Shown here piece by piece: positions 1-11,494 of a stretch of 34,932 bases of DNA. The translations under genes and the position numbers were made by a program. Each line of letters begins with the position of its first letter. Position 1 is the stretch's first letter. This DNA comes from Sphaeroforma arctica JP610 (Eukaryota). Below the pieces are notes generated by a model that ran no database searches, had not been told where the DNA came from, and saw nothing but the letters and a program-made list of their open reading frames with translations. Location: positions 1 through 34,932 of the forward strand of contig NW_014039963.1 of NCBI RefSeq assembly GCF_001186125.1, given 5' to 3'.

Positions 1-419
1 GTGTATGTATATTTATACGTATATGTATGTAGTATATATATATATATATATAGAGATGGAGATAGGGTTTAGGGTTTTCTCTCTGTTGTAATTTTGGACG
101 CAGATGATTGATTCCCATTTCAGTGTGCCTGTCCAATCAGATGTATTTGTGGTGGGCCAACAGCAAGCACAGCTCACCATTTTGTGGCCTTTTTCTTTTT
201 TGGCTCTAATTATAATATTTATATGTTGAACTCTCTCCACTTTAGGTCGTGTTGAGTGTTGACTGTCTCTCGAGCTTTTGAGGTCCCGACTCTTGACTCT
301 CGAGTCACGAATACGAATGAAGGAGAGCAGCCCCGCAGTTGTATTCGGTAGTAATAGTCTGAGATCGTACATTGTATATCAGCAACAGCTTTAGGTATTG
401 TACTGAAACTCTGAGAAAG

Positions 420-1804
420 ATGCTTTTAAAGATGATGTTAGCGAGACGAAGCGCTGTCACACACACACTTTTTCGGTATCCAGTACTCCGACCTTTAAGC
501 TGCCTTAACGCTTGTGAAACTACACAATACAGAACACATACACACCTTTCCCGCGCAATGCCTCCAAACGCTTGTACTATGCCAGCTGAAAGCTCGCACG
601 GGATTGGATTTGGGTCAAGGAGGTCGAAATCGGGCATCGCTAAAGATAACATAGTCGACATCGACGAAGTGATAGAGCTGAGTTCGACGCCTAGAAAGGT
701 ACGTCCCCCTCAATAGTTTTGCGGATTTTAATCTGCATGATCACTGATCACCGGTGTATTGCAAATATAGATCAACATCCGCCACCTTGGTATTCTTGCA
801 ACAAGGTCGTCCATGGTTATTCCGATAGCATTCATACATATCGAATTCTGCGCCGACAGGACTATATACGTCATATGCTCAAATCTGTATAATGGATAAT
901 GGCAGAACGAGGATTATCTATATGATATCAGATTCGCGCAGTGGGAGCTCAGATGGCTTAAATATATCGATTTCGACGATAACCCGACGGAATCCAATGG
1001 ATTATACGACTAGTCATGATTATACTATACATGATACTTAATCACTGTTTTGTCTATCCTTCGCAGGGCACTTTTCTTGTTGATGTGCGGAACAAGCACG
1101 AGATGGATTATGGCATTATTCCTTCGGCTGTCAACATACCTTGTAAGTCTATGATTTGTCAGTCACTTTAAGTGTAAAAAGGATTTCGAAGAACTCAATC
1201 AATGGTGGGTAATAGTAGCAGTAAATTATCTGATATCAGTGTTTTCATGAACTAGTACCTCGCTTACAAATATGTCGTCATAGTCAGTTATCATAACATG
1301 ATGGCCTTTGGACGTACTTACATGTATTGAACTATCTATGTGTTCCTATTCGCATTCCAGTACCTGAGTTAATAGAGGCTTTGCAACTGGATGATGAAGA
1401 TTTTGAGAATGAATACGGTGTCAAGGTAGGCTTCGTGTTTGTTGTCCTTGGTCGGGATGCTGAGTCTTGAAAAGTTCGCAATTGATAGTCGTAATNNNNN
1501 NNNNNNNNNNNNNNNNNNNNNNNNNNNNNNNNNNNNNNNNNNNNNNNNNNNNNNNNNNNNNNNNNNNNNNNNNNNNNNNNNNNNNNNNNNNNNNNNNNNN
1601 NNNNNNNNNNNNNNNNNNNNNNNNNNNNNNNNNNNNNNNNNNNNNNNNNNNNNNNNNNNNNNNNNNNNNNNNNNNNNNNNNNNNNNNNNNNNNNNNNNNN
1701 NNNNNNNNNNNNNNNNNNNNNNNNNNNNNNNNNNNNNNNNNNNNNNNNNNNNNNNNNNNNNNNNNNNTATATATATATATATATAGTATATATATATATA
1801 TATA

Positions 1805-1875
<71 letters not shown>

Positions 1876-1876
1876 A

Positions 1877-1933
<57 letters not shown>

Positions 1934-2747
1934 TGTATATATATAATTATATATATATATATATTATAAGTATCGTTGAATTCTTGTTGTTCTTGCATCA
2001 ATTTATGAAAAGCAAAACGATGCGAGATTGCACTAAGTTGAAGATAATTTCTTGACTGCGACCTCATAAAAGATACTTGCACGTTCACGTAAATAGCAAC
2101 CGTGCTGGTAACTTTTTTGCTGGTTAATTCTTGCCTCTGCATATCTTTAATCACATTCCACATTGACATCTTCGTTCTCAAGTTCTAACGATTCCCCGCT
2201 CAAATAGTAACATAGGATTTTACAAAACCTTCACGTTCAACATACATCTGGTTTCGTACAATTACGGCCATTGCGAGCCACTATAGTATTATTTGTTTTG
2301 CTCACTGGACACAATCTGGACTAATCTTGAACTCAATGCATTCCCGTCTCCGCAGTCGCCCGAATAAACTTATCGATAGTATCATGACATACACTCAATC
2401 GCAGAGTTTTGACAGACTGCAATCAACACGTACAAGTATACGTACGTGCACGCTTGAGTTTCATCTGTAACGTACTCTTGTATGTGTACATGATTAATTG
2501 TGGATGCAATCAGTATGCGAAATACATATACATCAACTTTTCCATCACACGCATAGTATTAATTAGAATTCGTCACGCATCACTAAGTTTTCCCTGTATC
2601 TGGCAAGGATTCGTCATGCATATGCATGCCCTCGTATGTATACATATAGTACTGACTACCACAACATTCCCTACCATTTGCAGAACTTACAACTACCAAG
2701 GAAGCTGGCTTGAATGGGCCGAACGGTTCAATCTGCCGACTTATTAG
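420..2747 (+). CDS. Single-domain rhodanese / thiosulfate sulfurtransferase-like protein (TSTD1/Rdl1-like), probably mitochondrial; spliced, incomplete because of an assembly gap
   Basis: Exons 420-698 (Arg/Ser-rich presequence-like MLLKMMLARRSAV..., GTACGT donor), 1067-1142 (GTFLVDVRNKHEMDYGIIPSAVNIP, the rhodanese DVR..E...G.IP.A.NIP motif, CAG/GTAAGT), 1361-1425 (LPELIEALQLDDEDFENEYGVK) and 2684-2747 (TYNYQGSWLEWAERFNLPTY*, the C-terminal GSW.EW motif, TACTGAC branch point upstream). Exons 1-3 join in phase. The catalytic Cys loop exon is not visible and likely lies in the gap 1496-1767. Confidence 0.85.
1768..1967. repeat. (TA)n microsatellite next to assembly gap 1496-1767
   Basis: Long TATATA tract seen directly. 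Confidence 0.95.
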
Positions 2748-2914
2748 TGTGTATATATATATAATTAGCGGCATTTCATCAAACAACGATGATATGCAAT
2801 TATATGAATATTTATTAGAGTGGAAATAAAACTTTCACAAAAACATACAATTTTACAAATCCATGTCGTGGTGAAACTGCACAATATCCGAGCTCCTCTG
2901 TTCAAATAACACTT

Positions 2915-3189
2915 CCGCTCGTTGAAGTCGTTCTTAATATAATTGCATGTATTTACATATCTTACATCTTGGATAGAACACATATACACTTGTTGAAGTC
3001 GTTCTTAATATAACTGCATGTATTTACATATCTTACATCTTGGATAGAACACATATCCGCTTGTTGACGTCATTCTAAATATTACTGCATGTATTTACAT
3101 ATCGTACATTTTGGATAGTACACCTATACGCTTGTTGAAGTCGTTCTTGATATAACTGCATGTAATTACATACCTCACATTTTGGATAA
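2915..3189. repeat. 71-bp tandem minisatellite, about 3.8 copies
   Basis: GTTGAAGTCGTTCTTAATATAACTGCATGTATTTACATATC... recurs at 2921, 2992, 3063 and 3134 (period 71). Confidence 0.9.
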
Positions 3190-3668
3190 TGTGTAAATAA
3201 TTTGTTTTCTTTTCGTGGTCAGTAGATGTGCAAGTATTTTTTTATATACCACTCAGAAGTAGTCCACATTGAAAGTATATATGAAGCAGAATGCTGATGC
3301 GACTAATTGGTGAGATACTATGCCTGTAGCTGTGCGACGGATGATGAATCTGGACACACGATTGCCCACAAAATGTGCAGCAAAATTGGAATTGGTTAAC
3401 GTAATAGAATCAATACGTCTCTTGAAATAAAAGGTCAATTCCTGCTATATTGGGTTCGTACGTGCCAATTCTTCATAAAGTGATTCATATCGTCCAACGG
3501 TCTGCTGAGTTGGACATTGCAGGCCAGATCGCGGCCACCTGCATCTGATTCAACACAGTTGAGTTGATAAATTCTTTGAGCCCAATTTCGTATATTTTCA
3601 ACCGGCTTTATATGTCGTGACTGATACATATTTTATTTAGTCTGTAGTTTGTATCCCATATCATTAAA

Positions 3669-6600
3669 TCAATCCTGATGCCAATGGACACCAGATTTAC
3701 CTAGTAAGTTATCATTCGCAGCGCCTTCTGCTACCGCCGAACAATTTGCACTGCCATCAGAAGCAACTGAGTTGCGCCGGCTACTATATTCGGTGAATAC
3801 CAGAGAATCCCTCTGCCTACGCATATCCTTATGTTTCATACATCGCTCGTACAACAAGTCGAACACTTTATCGTACACGTAGTCTTGATTCGCTGGCAAG
3901 TCTTCTTGGCCAACTCCATCCCCCCCCGCTCCCGCGCTACCATTTGTACGCAGGTATTTCTCACGATACTCATTGAGTAATCGTATGGCCAGCACAGGAT
4001 CGGATTTATCATGTAGAGTAGTGAAGGCGCGCTCGAAACTCTCACACCGCACAACACTCTCTGCCGACGCAATCTCGAGATGTGCCACGAGCTCGTACAC
4101 TCGGCACCAGCGTGGATTAACGCCTGGCAGCACCATGTCATCTACCGGTCTCGTGAGGAAATAGTCTTTAACCCGGTTCTGAGTGACATCGGATATCAAA
4201 ATCGCCGTACCGTACCTTTTGTTGTTTTCTTCTAGCTTGGAGGCAAAGTCAACATTAGTACCAAGCGCCGTGTAGTTTAGACGTCTGTTGGATCCGATGT
4301 TGCCTACCACACTCTGTCCCGTATGTATTCCTATGCGCTGATAGAAAGGAGGCAGGCCAGCAACGGTCCACTTCGAGCGCAACAGAGCGAGTTTGGCCTG
4401 GCATAGAAGGGCAGCTTCACAGGCCAAACGTGCATGATCAACGACAATCTCAGGAGCATTCCAGATAGCAACTATACTGTCACCTATGTACTTGTCGACC
4501 ACGCCCTTACAGTCGTGTACGATGTGTGACATGTCCATAAGATAATCCCCCAGAAGAATATCTAACTGGTCCACAGAAAGGCCCTCGCATATGCTGGTAA
4601 AATCTACCACATCCGTACAAAAACTTGTGATAATTCGATTCTGCCCCCCACGCTTTGCCTCCAATCCCGATTTCACCAAAAGTCGAACCACATCTGGCGG
4701 CACGTACTTCGAAAAAGATCTCAAGGATCTTCGCATCAGGGACATGACAGCGTAGATATTCGCTATTTCCTTTAGAGGCGAGTTGATTCCCGCCGAATCA
4801 ATGGGGGTGGAGAAGTCGAGGTGTGAGAAATTCGTCAAGTTGCGCGTGCACTCGACTAGGGGCTTGGTCGCAATCTGGGCCACAATAGACGACACAACCA
4901 GAGAGCCAATGATGATGATTACGCCTAGAGAGACCGTGATGGTCAACACACGGGAGTAAAATGCGCCGTAATCCTCAAAGGGGATGACGACCGCAATGAT
5001 GACAGCCAAATCCGACCCCGAATGAGTTCCGATACTCAGAATGTCCTTATTCGGCATGACGTAAATGTTCGATACATTAGAGGGGGGTACCGAAGTCGCA
5101 TTGACGAAGGCTGCAATGGGTGGTTGACATGCAAACAGCTGAGCTGTATTGGGGTCCAGACAGTCAGAATCAGCCGGAAGTGCATTCGGACAATTTTGGG
5201 TGCTCGGCTCCAGGTCAACATGCGTCAAATAGCAAACACTCTCCTCCTCGCATAAGTCAATCAGAAAGCTTCCTACATTACTGATACGCTCGTTGTCATG
5301 GTCAACTACTCTATAACGTTCAAGTGTCGAATCGAGTCCGTTGCTGCAGTTGACTTCGCTAAAAAGCAGCGTTTCTGGATCCTCCATAGTAACAGCCACC
5401 ATCTCTCCATTGCTTGGACTTATAATCATGGCGTAGCCATTCGAGCGCTCATTTTGGCGCAAAAAACCGGACCTCAGCTTGGACGACAGATATTCCAGAG
5501 TCATATCAGCGCCCACAACATACTTCACAGGAAGATCGAGTTCGAATGGAACACGAATCGCCACAGTCACGCCTAGTGCCGCATTGGCAGTAAAGCTGTA
5601 CACACTCGACCAAAACGTGCCGAATTTCTCAGCTGCACCTAGAAACCAGGGTCTTGATGTAACAATGAAGCCGTCTACAACCCGTACTATGTTGGAGGTA
5701 TTATATACGCTGCACTGTGGAGTTTCCAAGTCTATGCACGTCTCGTTCGGCCCGAATCGTATCAATGGATTGACCAGGCTGTCGTTCCGTACCCCTGACG
5801 CGATAGTGTCGTCGGAGATCAGAGAATTCTGAATGGCAACGCTTAGAACGTCGACAGAGGCATTGACAGCCGACGCTTGGGTATAAGTAGCGTAAAAGTA
5901 TTCTTCGATACTACCAACAAATAAATTGTTAGTATGTACGGAATTGAGAAATCGGGTTTCATTCCACGAACGCCGCAAGGTATACGTGATTACATCCGCA
6001 GAACTCTGCGGGTCGATGTTGTCGTTATAAAAAGTCGACGCCGTGGTCCTAGTTAACAGCTCTGGTAGATACAGCTCTCCCTGAACATCGTTGGCTAATC
6101 TCAACCATATCCGACTGGCAACAACTTTGTAACTATTCTCCAAACCGTCCATAGTAACGTTATACATGACAGCCGCCGTCACAACCACAATACACAACAC
6201 AGAGCACAAGGACAGCAGCACCAGAAACATCCGCAAGGACATTAATTTGTGGAAATAGGACCGATTGCCCTCTTGCTCCGCACTCTTCCTGCGTTGTTGC
6301 AGCGCTGTGTTGTCGTTGATGTGCATCATCTGCGTCAGCTGATGGGTCTTCGCTAAACGCCTGGACTTGAGGATGCGTTCCAGCACCTCTACATACACGG
6401 TTGACACCGGGGCGAGCTCGATCCACATCTCCCTGGGCGTGATATTCCTCAGTGGTATAGATACCCCACCCACAACAGAATCTCCCTGCAGCAGCACCAC
6501 CACCAGAGTAGTGGTGCTCACCAGCATGCGATCCAGCTCGTCTACCACACCTAGGTCGTTCACAATATGGACCGAGTTCTCCGTGCTGGACGTGGGCATG

Positions 6601-9083
6601 ATTTGGCGAGGGACAGGCGCTTTCCCGCCCGAACGAGCACCCGATAACAATGGCGATGAGTTGGATCTCTCCCCGCTCTGTGAGAGCGACAACGAGTGAG
6701 AGTGGTTTGTATGATCGCTGCCGCTAGTGTCTTTACTCTGCACGCGCTTCAGGCCACCCCGGACACGTGAACCACGAGTGTATTTGTGTGTGTCCACGTA
6801 CAGCTGCTCATCCCAGGCCGGATTATACACTCGCGCGCCGCGGTCAACAGATTTGGCGCGCAGTGCGTGCTTAATACCCCATTGCGAATGTACACGAGCG
6901 GATCCTTCCCCCACAACCTCTTCTGACTGCCCTCTCGTATCATCCACGCTCGCTACGCTGATTGGAATACGCGCCGTACTGTGTCTTCTTACCGGTGGTA
7001 CGTGATCGTACGATGAACCCGGGCGCCGGCCGTCAATTGATCCGACAGATGACGTGGCTTTTAAGGTATTGGAGGGTTTAACGCCCATCATGCGCTTGAA
7101 ACTGCCTACATCTTCTCCGGTGGCAATAGCCTCCACGAAGGCTGCTACACTTGCATAGTCCCCGATCACATCACTGCATTCGCTAGTCTGTTTGCTTCCA
7201 AATGGGCTAGCCAGAGGTAACATCCCCCAACTTGGCGTGGCATTGCCCACAGTTTCGAGGTAATCCAGAGGTTTTTGGGCGTCTACAACCGTCGTAGATG
7301 TATTCGCATTTCCAGCAGTTGTAGAGCCATCAGAATGATCCAGAAAAACATAGACCGAGAATGCACTCCTACCCAGCCCTCTGATTTCCGTATCTATCGG
7401 TGTGTTCTGGGTTGAGTTGCACGGCAACTGCGCGTCGTTCGCCAAGCGTGTGCCAGAATTAGCTGTCTGTGTTTGCGTGTAAGCTTCAGGGGAGCTAGAT
7501 CTTCGCATTTTAGTATTGCTTGTCCATCTCTTGGCAAGCAAGCGACTGTCCAGTCGCGTATGCTCCCCTTCAAAGTTATGTTTCCCAACGGATATACCGG
7601 CCTTATTTAATGGTGTGGAATTGTCCGGTATATCAAAAGGAAAGCAACCGGAAGTGATGCCTATATGTCTATGTAGTCTGGCCTGCGCTGCAGGTGAATG
7701 GGAGTGTATACGAGTAGCTTGTAATCCAAGCGTCCGCGCCGTGTCGCGTGCATGACGATCATCGGCCTTCGAGTGCTTTGCTAAGCCATTCGCTCCGCGT
7801 GCAACCACGGGGGTCAAAATGCAACCGGTAGACTCGGCTTTCTGTAGTTGTTGTATCCGTCCACCATCAGAGCGGTCTGAACGAGCCTGACTATACGAAG
7901 GTGTGTGTATCGAGTTTGTGTCTGCGTCCATTGAATACACTATATCGGCACTTGTCGCTTGACGTATTGCGTGACCACGTAGTCTTTCTGTGTCTTCATG
8001 AGCACTACATACACTGCCATAGACTGATCCACAACAATTTCCCGAATGGCATCCCTTACAGCACTTCTCAGTGCAATGAGAGCCTTCTGTTACACCACTG
8101 TCTGTATCTGCACCGACATCCACATTATTATACAGCGATAACCTGCGCGTGAATGGAAGAGATTGTCTAGCGTGCTGCGCTGTGCTCTGCGAACTACTCT
8201 GCGAATGGGTTCGAGCTCGGTTTAATTCGTCAGGTGCTAAAGTTTCTTCAGAGAAAGCATCGTTGTGATTAATATCAGTTGTTGTCTCGCCTGCTTTCGC
8301 ACTCACGCCAATTGAAAGGACATCGAGGTCCTCTTTTGACGACCCCTCGTCGATGTTAATCAAGCTCGGCAGTTCGGTAGTACTACCGTACCTAGTTTGT
8401 CGTCTGTGGCCGCCACCCGAATTTCTTCTCACTGCACTTTGCTGAATAGGTATGTCCACATCCTGCGCTATGATAGCACTAGGAGGGGCCGTGATTCCGG
8501 AAGTGAGTGGTTGAGCGATTCCACCCGCGACTGTATAAATGCACCCTTCATCAGGGACTACAGCTGATCGTCGTAACCAATTTGATGTTTCAGACAAATC
8601 AGTCGGTGTGTTAGCTGGTAACATACATTTGCTGTTAGACTCTTCAGCCTCAACTGGCGATCGAGGCGAGGGTACCTTTATGGAGTGGAGGTCGCTTAAC
8701 CTGGACACATCCTTGTCTGTAGCTTTCGCTAGAGGTGTTTTATACAAAGCACACGAATTTGCGCGCCTGATAGCATCCACCCCACCTTCATTTCGGGTCG
8801 ATGTGTCATTAGTTTCTTGTTCAGAAGGTTTCTGTTCCCCATCAACGGTGTACGTGTGTTGAGGAACCACTTCTGCTAACACTGCTTCGAGCACTTTGAT
8901 GCCCTGGTTGGAGTGACCGGTCGCACCGAATTCCAACTTAATATAACCACCGAGGAGCTCTCTGACTTGTATTTCAGGCTGAGAAGCGCTACCATTCGAT
9001 CCACTGACACCCCCAGAAGACAATGACAAGCTTGTGACCTTCTTTGAGAGCCAGCGAACTCCATCTCTTTTCTTGTGTGGCAT
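3669..9083 (-). CDS. Receptor-type class III adenylate/guanylate cyclase: long disordered N-terminus with C2-like motifs, TM, extracellular Cache-like sensor, TM, HAMP-like linker, cyclase domain
   Basis: Uninterrupted 1804-aa ORF. TM1 MFLVLLSLCSVLCIVVVTAAVMY, RPWF..A.....WS.VY Cache-like motif, TM2 VLTITVSLGVIIIIGSLVVSSIVA, EI..I...M..M HAMP-like helix, FSKYVP, TDVVDFT, DKYIGDSIVAIWNAP, RIGIHTG..VVGNIGS..RLNYTALG, ILIS. Confidence 0.92.
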   Translation of the reverse strand: MPHKKRDGVRWLSKKVTSLSLSSGGVSGSNGSASQPEIQVRELLGGYIKLEFGATGHSNQGIKVLEAVLAEVVPQHTYTVDGEQKPSEQETNDTSTRNEGGVDAIRRANSCALYKTPLAKATDKDVSRLSDLHSIKVPSPRSPVEAEESNSKCMLPANTPTDLSETSNWLRRSAVVPDEGCIYTVAGGIAQPLTSGITAPPSAIIAQDVDIPIQQSAVRRNSGGGHRRQTRYGSTTELPSLINIDEGSSKEDLDVLSIGVSAKAGETTTDINHNDAFSEETLAPDELNRARTHSQSSSQSTAQHARQSLPFTRRLSLYNNVDVGADTDSGVTEGSHCTEKCCKGCHSGNCCGSVYGSVCSAHEDTERLRGHAIRQATSADIVYSMDADTNSIHTPSYSQARSDRSDGGRIQQLQKAESTGCILTPVVARGANGLAKHSKADDRHARDTARTLGLQATRIHSHSPAAQARLHRHIGITSGCFPFDIPDNSTPLNKAGISVGKHNFEGEHTRLDSRLLAKRWTSNTKMRRSSSPEAYTQTQTANSGTRLANDAQLPCNSTQNTPIDTEIRGLGRSAFSVYVFLDHSDGSTTAGNANTSTTVVDAQKPLDYLETVGNATPSWGMLPLASPFGSKQTSECSDVIGDYASVAAFVEAIATGEDVGSFKRMMGVKPSNTLKATSSVGSIDGRRPGSSYDHVPPVRRHSTARIPISVASVDDTRGQSEEVVGEGSARVHSQWGIKHALRAKSVDRGARVYNPAWDEQLYVDTHKYTRGSRVRGGLKRVQSKDTSGSDHTNHSHSLSLSQSGERSNSSPLLSGARSGGKAPVPRQIMPTSSTENSVHIVNDLGVVDELDRMLVSTTTLVVVLLQGDSVVGGVSIPLRNITPREMWIELAPVSTVYVEVLERILKSRRLAKTHQLTQMMHINDNTALQQRRKSAEQEGNRSYFHKLMSLRMFLVLLSLCSVLCIVVVTAAVMYNVTMDGLENSYKVVASRIWLRLANDVQGELYLPELLTRTTASTFYNDNIDPQSSADVITYTLRRSWNETRFLNSVHTNNLFVGSIEEYFYATYTQASAVNASVDVLSVAIQNSLISDDTIASGVRNDSLVNPLIRFGPNETCIDLETPQCSVYNTSNIVRVVDGFIVTSRPWFLGAAEKFGTFWSSVYSFTANAALGVTVAIRVPFELDLPVKYVVGADMTLEYLSSKLRSGFLRQNERSNGYAMIISPSNGEMVAVTMEDPETLLFSEVNCSNGLDSTLERYRVVDHDNERISNVGSFLIDLCEEESVCYLTHVDLEPSTQNCPNALPADSDCLDPNTAQLFACQPPIAAFVNATSVPPSNVSNIYVMPNKDILSIGTHSGSDLAVIIAVVIPFEDYGAFYSRVLTITVSLGVIIIIGSLVVSSIVAQIATKPLVECTRNLTNFSHLDFSTPIDSAGINSPLKEIANIYAVMSLMRRSLRSFSKYVPPDVVRLLVKSGLEAKRGGQNRIITSFCTDVVDFTSICEGLSVDQLDILLGDYLMDMSHIVHDCKGVVDKYIGDSIVAIWNAPEIVVDHARLACEAALLCQAKLALLRSKWTVAGLPPFYQRIGIHTGQSVVGNIGSNRRLNYTALGTNVDFASKLEENNKRYGTAILISDVTQNRVKDYFLTRPVDDMVLPGVNPRWCRVYELVAHLEIASAESVVRCESFERAFTTLHDKSDPVLAIRLLNEYREKYLRTNGSAGAGGDGVGQEDLPANQDYVYDKVFDLLYERCMKHKDMRRQRDSLVFTEYSSRRNSVASDGSANCSAVAEGAANDNLLGKSGVHWHQD

Positions 9084-10935
9084 TATAATATAGGCGTGTG
9101 TGCAGCTTATACGAACGCATTATTCTATTCTCTATCAGACAGCCAGTATCTTTTATCGCGGGCTCTCCATAAGCCATTTATATGCTACATCACACTATTT
9201 AGCTGCCGTTCCTGACCGCAGCGTCATGGCATGACTGCAGATATAGCTATTGTATATGGACGTATGTATGTAATACAGTGTAGTGCATTTGTATGTACTT
9301 TCAAAATAATAATAAAATACCTGTGTTCCTGAACTTACTGGTGGCTGCTTCCACCCCTCTATAACTTCCAAGATGCATGACGAATCACTTTTCTTTGGTT
9401 TGGGTTTTTTTTACAAACCAAAAACCAAAACCAAAAAAATAAAATCGATCTGGCGTGTTTCAAATTTAGTAGGCGATCAGATGGATCTGGTCAGCAATCA
9501 ATACGAGTCCACATAAAAACTAAAAATATAAAATTTCTGGGCGGGACTATTAAAAAGTGTAATAACACATTAAAAAACATATTCATAAAATTGCAATAAC
9601 GTTCAACGTTTATAGGCTTACCGCTAACGGTATGCGACGTCATTGTGGTGGACAGACAAATTATGTGAATAAGGCTTAATCTGAAAAGTCAGCTCCTAAA
9701 ATAACGTTGCTATCGAAATTTTATCCCGCTCGCTTTTTTCGGGACGATGTGAGGACAAGGGAGATCAAATCCGTCGAGAAATCCAGATTTGAGCCAATAT
9801 TTCCATATAGTATGTATATAGTGAAGTAAAAAGGGTACTGGATTTACACTGTACAGTCGGAAGACCGCAGTTCTTGGTTGTGTGCACCACGGGGTGATAT
9901 CACGTTAAAAACTTATTTTAATAAAATAGAATTCCAATTCCAGTTTCCCGTTAACGGTATTTGACGTCATTGTGATGTGATGGACAGTGATGGTCAGACA
10001 AATTATTCCCAAACAATGAGTCTTACAACGCCTTCTGCTAAACTTCTAACGCAAAAACGACCCATATTTTTTGATTCATCAAATAAAATAATGAAGGGAC
10101 TTTTTGTTTTTGCTTTTTGTTTTATAAAAAACAAACAGCAAAATATACATATAAATAGGTACAAATGTACAGTATTTGTTCCAGGACATAAAAACGTTAA
10201 ATCGCTTTTAATAATCCAAAAAATAGACCTTTATGTAGAGCATTTGGGATTTTTTTAAATAAAGTGAATTTAAAAAACTTATCGACGTTAACGGTCTGCC
10301 TCCTGGGCCAACCCCAATCTGTTAAAGGAGTCCATTTTAACGTTGAGCGTGAACGCTGATTTCGACAATATATAAATATACTTTTGTCGTTTTAAAAAAA
10401 AGAGAAAAAGATACGGGTTTGTAGACAAAACATTTTTATTATTATAAAACATTATCCAAAAATAAAGGTATTTTTAAAAAACATAAAAAGGCTAGAGATT
10501 ATTTATTTTTAAAAAACAAAAATACTAAATTTCAACCATCGGGCATATTTAGGCCATATATAATAAATGATAAGGATTTTTAAAACGTATATATTCAAAA
10601 CAAAATTTATCCGTTGCCGTACATTTTTTTCTGTGTTAGAAAACAAAATATTACATATTTATCATAGAGTTTACAGAGTCTATAAAGTTCTATAAATATA
10701 TTTGTCGTCATTTTTACTGTCATTCCTATTATTAAAAAAATTGTAGAGCAGAGTGACCTAAAACCTCACTGTCCACACATCATCAGTCCAATTTAAATCG
10801 GGGTAAAAATATTGATCTGAATTTTGACCTGAGACCATTTCGAGATGAAATTTTTATGTACCTGCTAGTTAAAAAAAGGGGGGGTTTTACCGATCTAAGC
10901 ATTTCCTGCTATTTATAGGTATTTAAAAAATAAAT

Positions 10936-11476
10936 TGTAATGTCAACCATGTTTACCTCCGATTTAAAACAATGTTGGTGTTGTAAGTACCGAACTGTTC
11001 GGTAATGTTCCTTGGCGTTAATAAGAATACGAGAACTTCTAAGTGTGGGCGATAACTGATACGTGTGGAAATTTCGGCGTTAATAAGAATACGAGAACTT
11101 CTAAGTGTGGGCGATAACTGATAAGTGTGGAAATTTCTAAGTTGTATTGTGCGGTTTGTTGGCGAACGGCCGAGCAGGCTCCAAAGAAGAGGAGGTTGGT
11201 GTATGATTGGTGCTTTGCAAACCGAAGTGCGGTGAAATATGAGCTGGAGGTTGGCAGATGACGATATATGTTGAATGGGCTTGTAAGCTCGAAATTGAGA
11301 AGATACACGATTTGATAGGCAGCAGGATTCTCAAGGAAATCCTTCGGAGATAGTATAAATACGTGGGTTAGTTCATTCAAGAAGTTCATTCTGCTAAGGT
11401 AGACGTTTATTCAACAATCGAGGAAATAAATCTAAGTTTACCGTTACATTGTGTTTTAAGTCGATCTAAGATTACA
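10936..11476 (+). repeat. 5' LTR of outer element
   Basis: TGTAAT...ATTACA; near-identical to 23593-24039; TATAAATA near 11354; 62-bp tandem duplication in U3 (about 11014-11137). Confidence 0.9.
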
Positions 11477-11494
11477 AATTAGCGTTAGTGGAAA

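Noticed and set aside
1439..2181. ORFs spanning N gaps or TA repeats
   Set aside because: Artefacts of Ns and (TA)n translation (YIYI runs) inside rhodanese introns.
3836..9064. Many short ORFs overlapping the cyclase gene
   Set aside because: Shadow ORFs in alternative frames of a long coding region, with no motifs.
11039..11389. 116-aa minus-strand ORF with a twin at 23572-23952
   Set aside because: Both lie inside the outer LTRs, so the duplication is explained by the LTRs. No domain is recognisable.
11477..11494. tRNA PBS or self-priming site for the outer element
   Set aside because: There is no TGG-initiated tRNA complement adjacent to the LTR, and only ~5 bp of complementarity (TTAGC/GCTAA) to the LTR, too weak to call.
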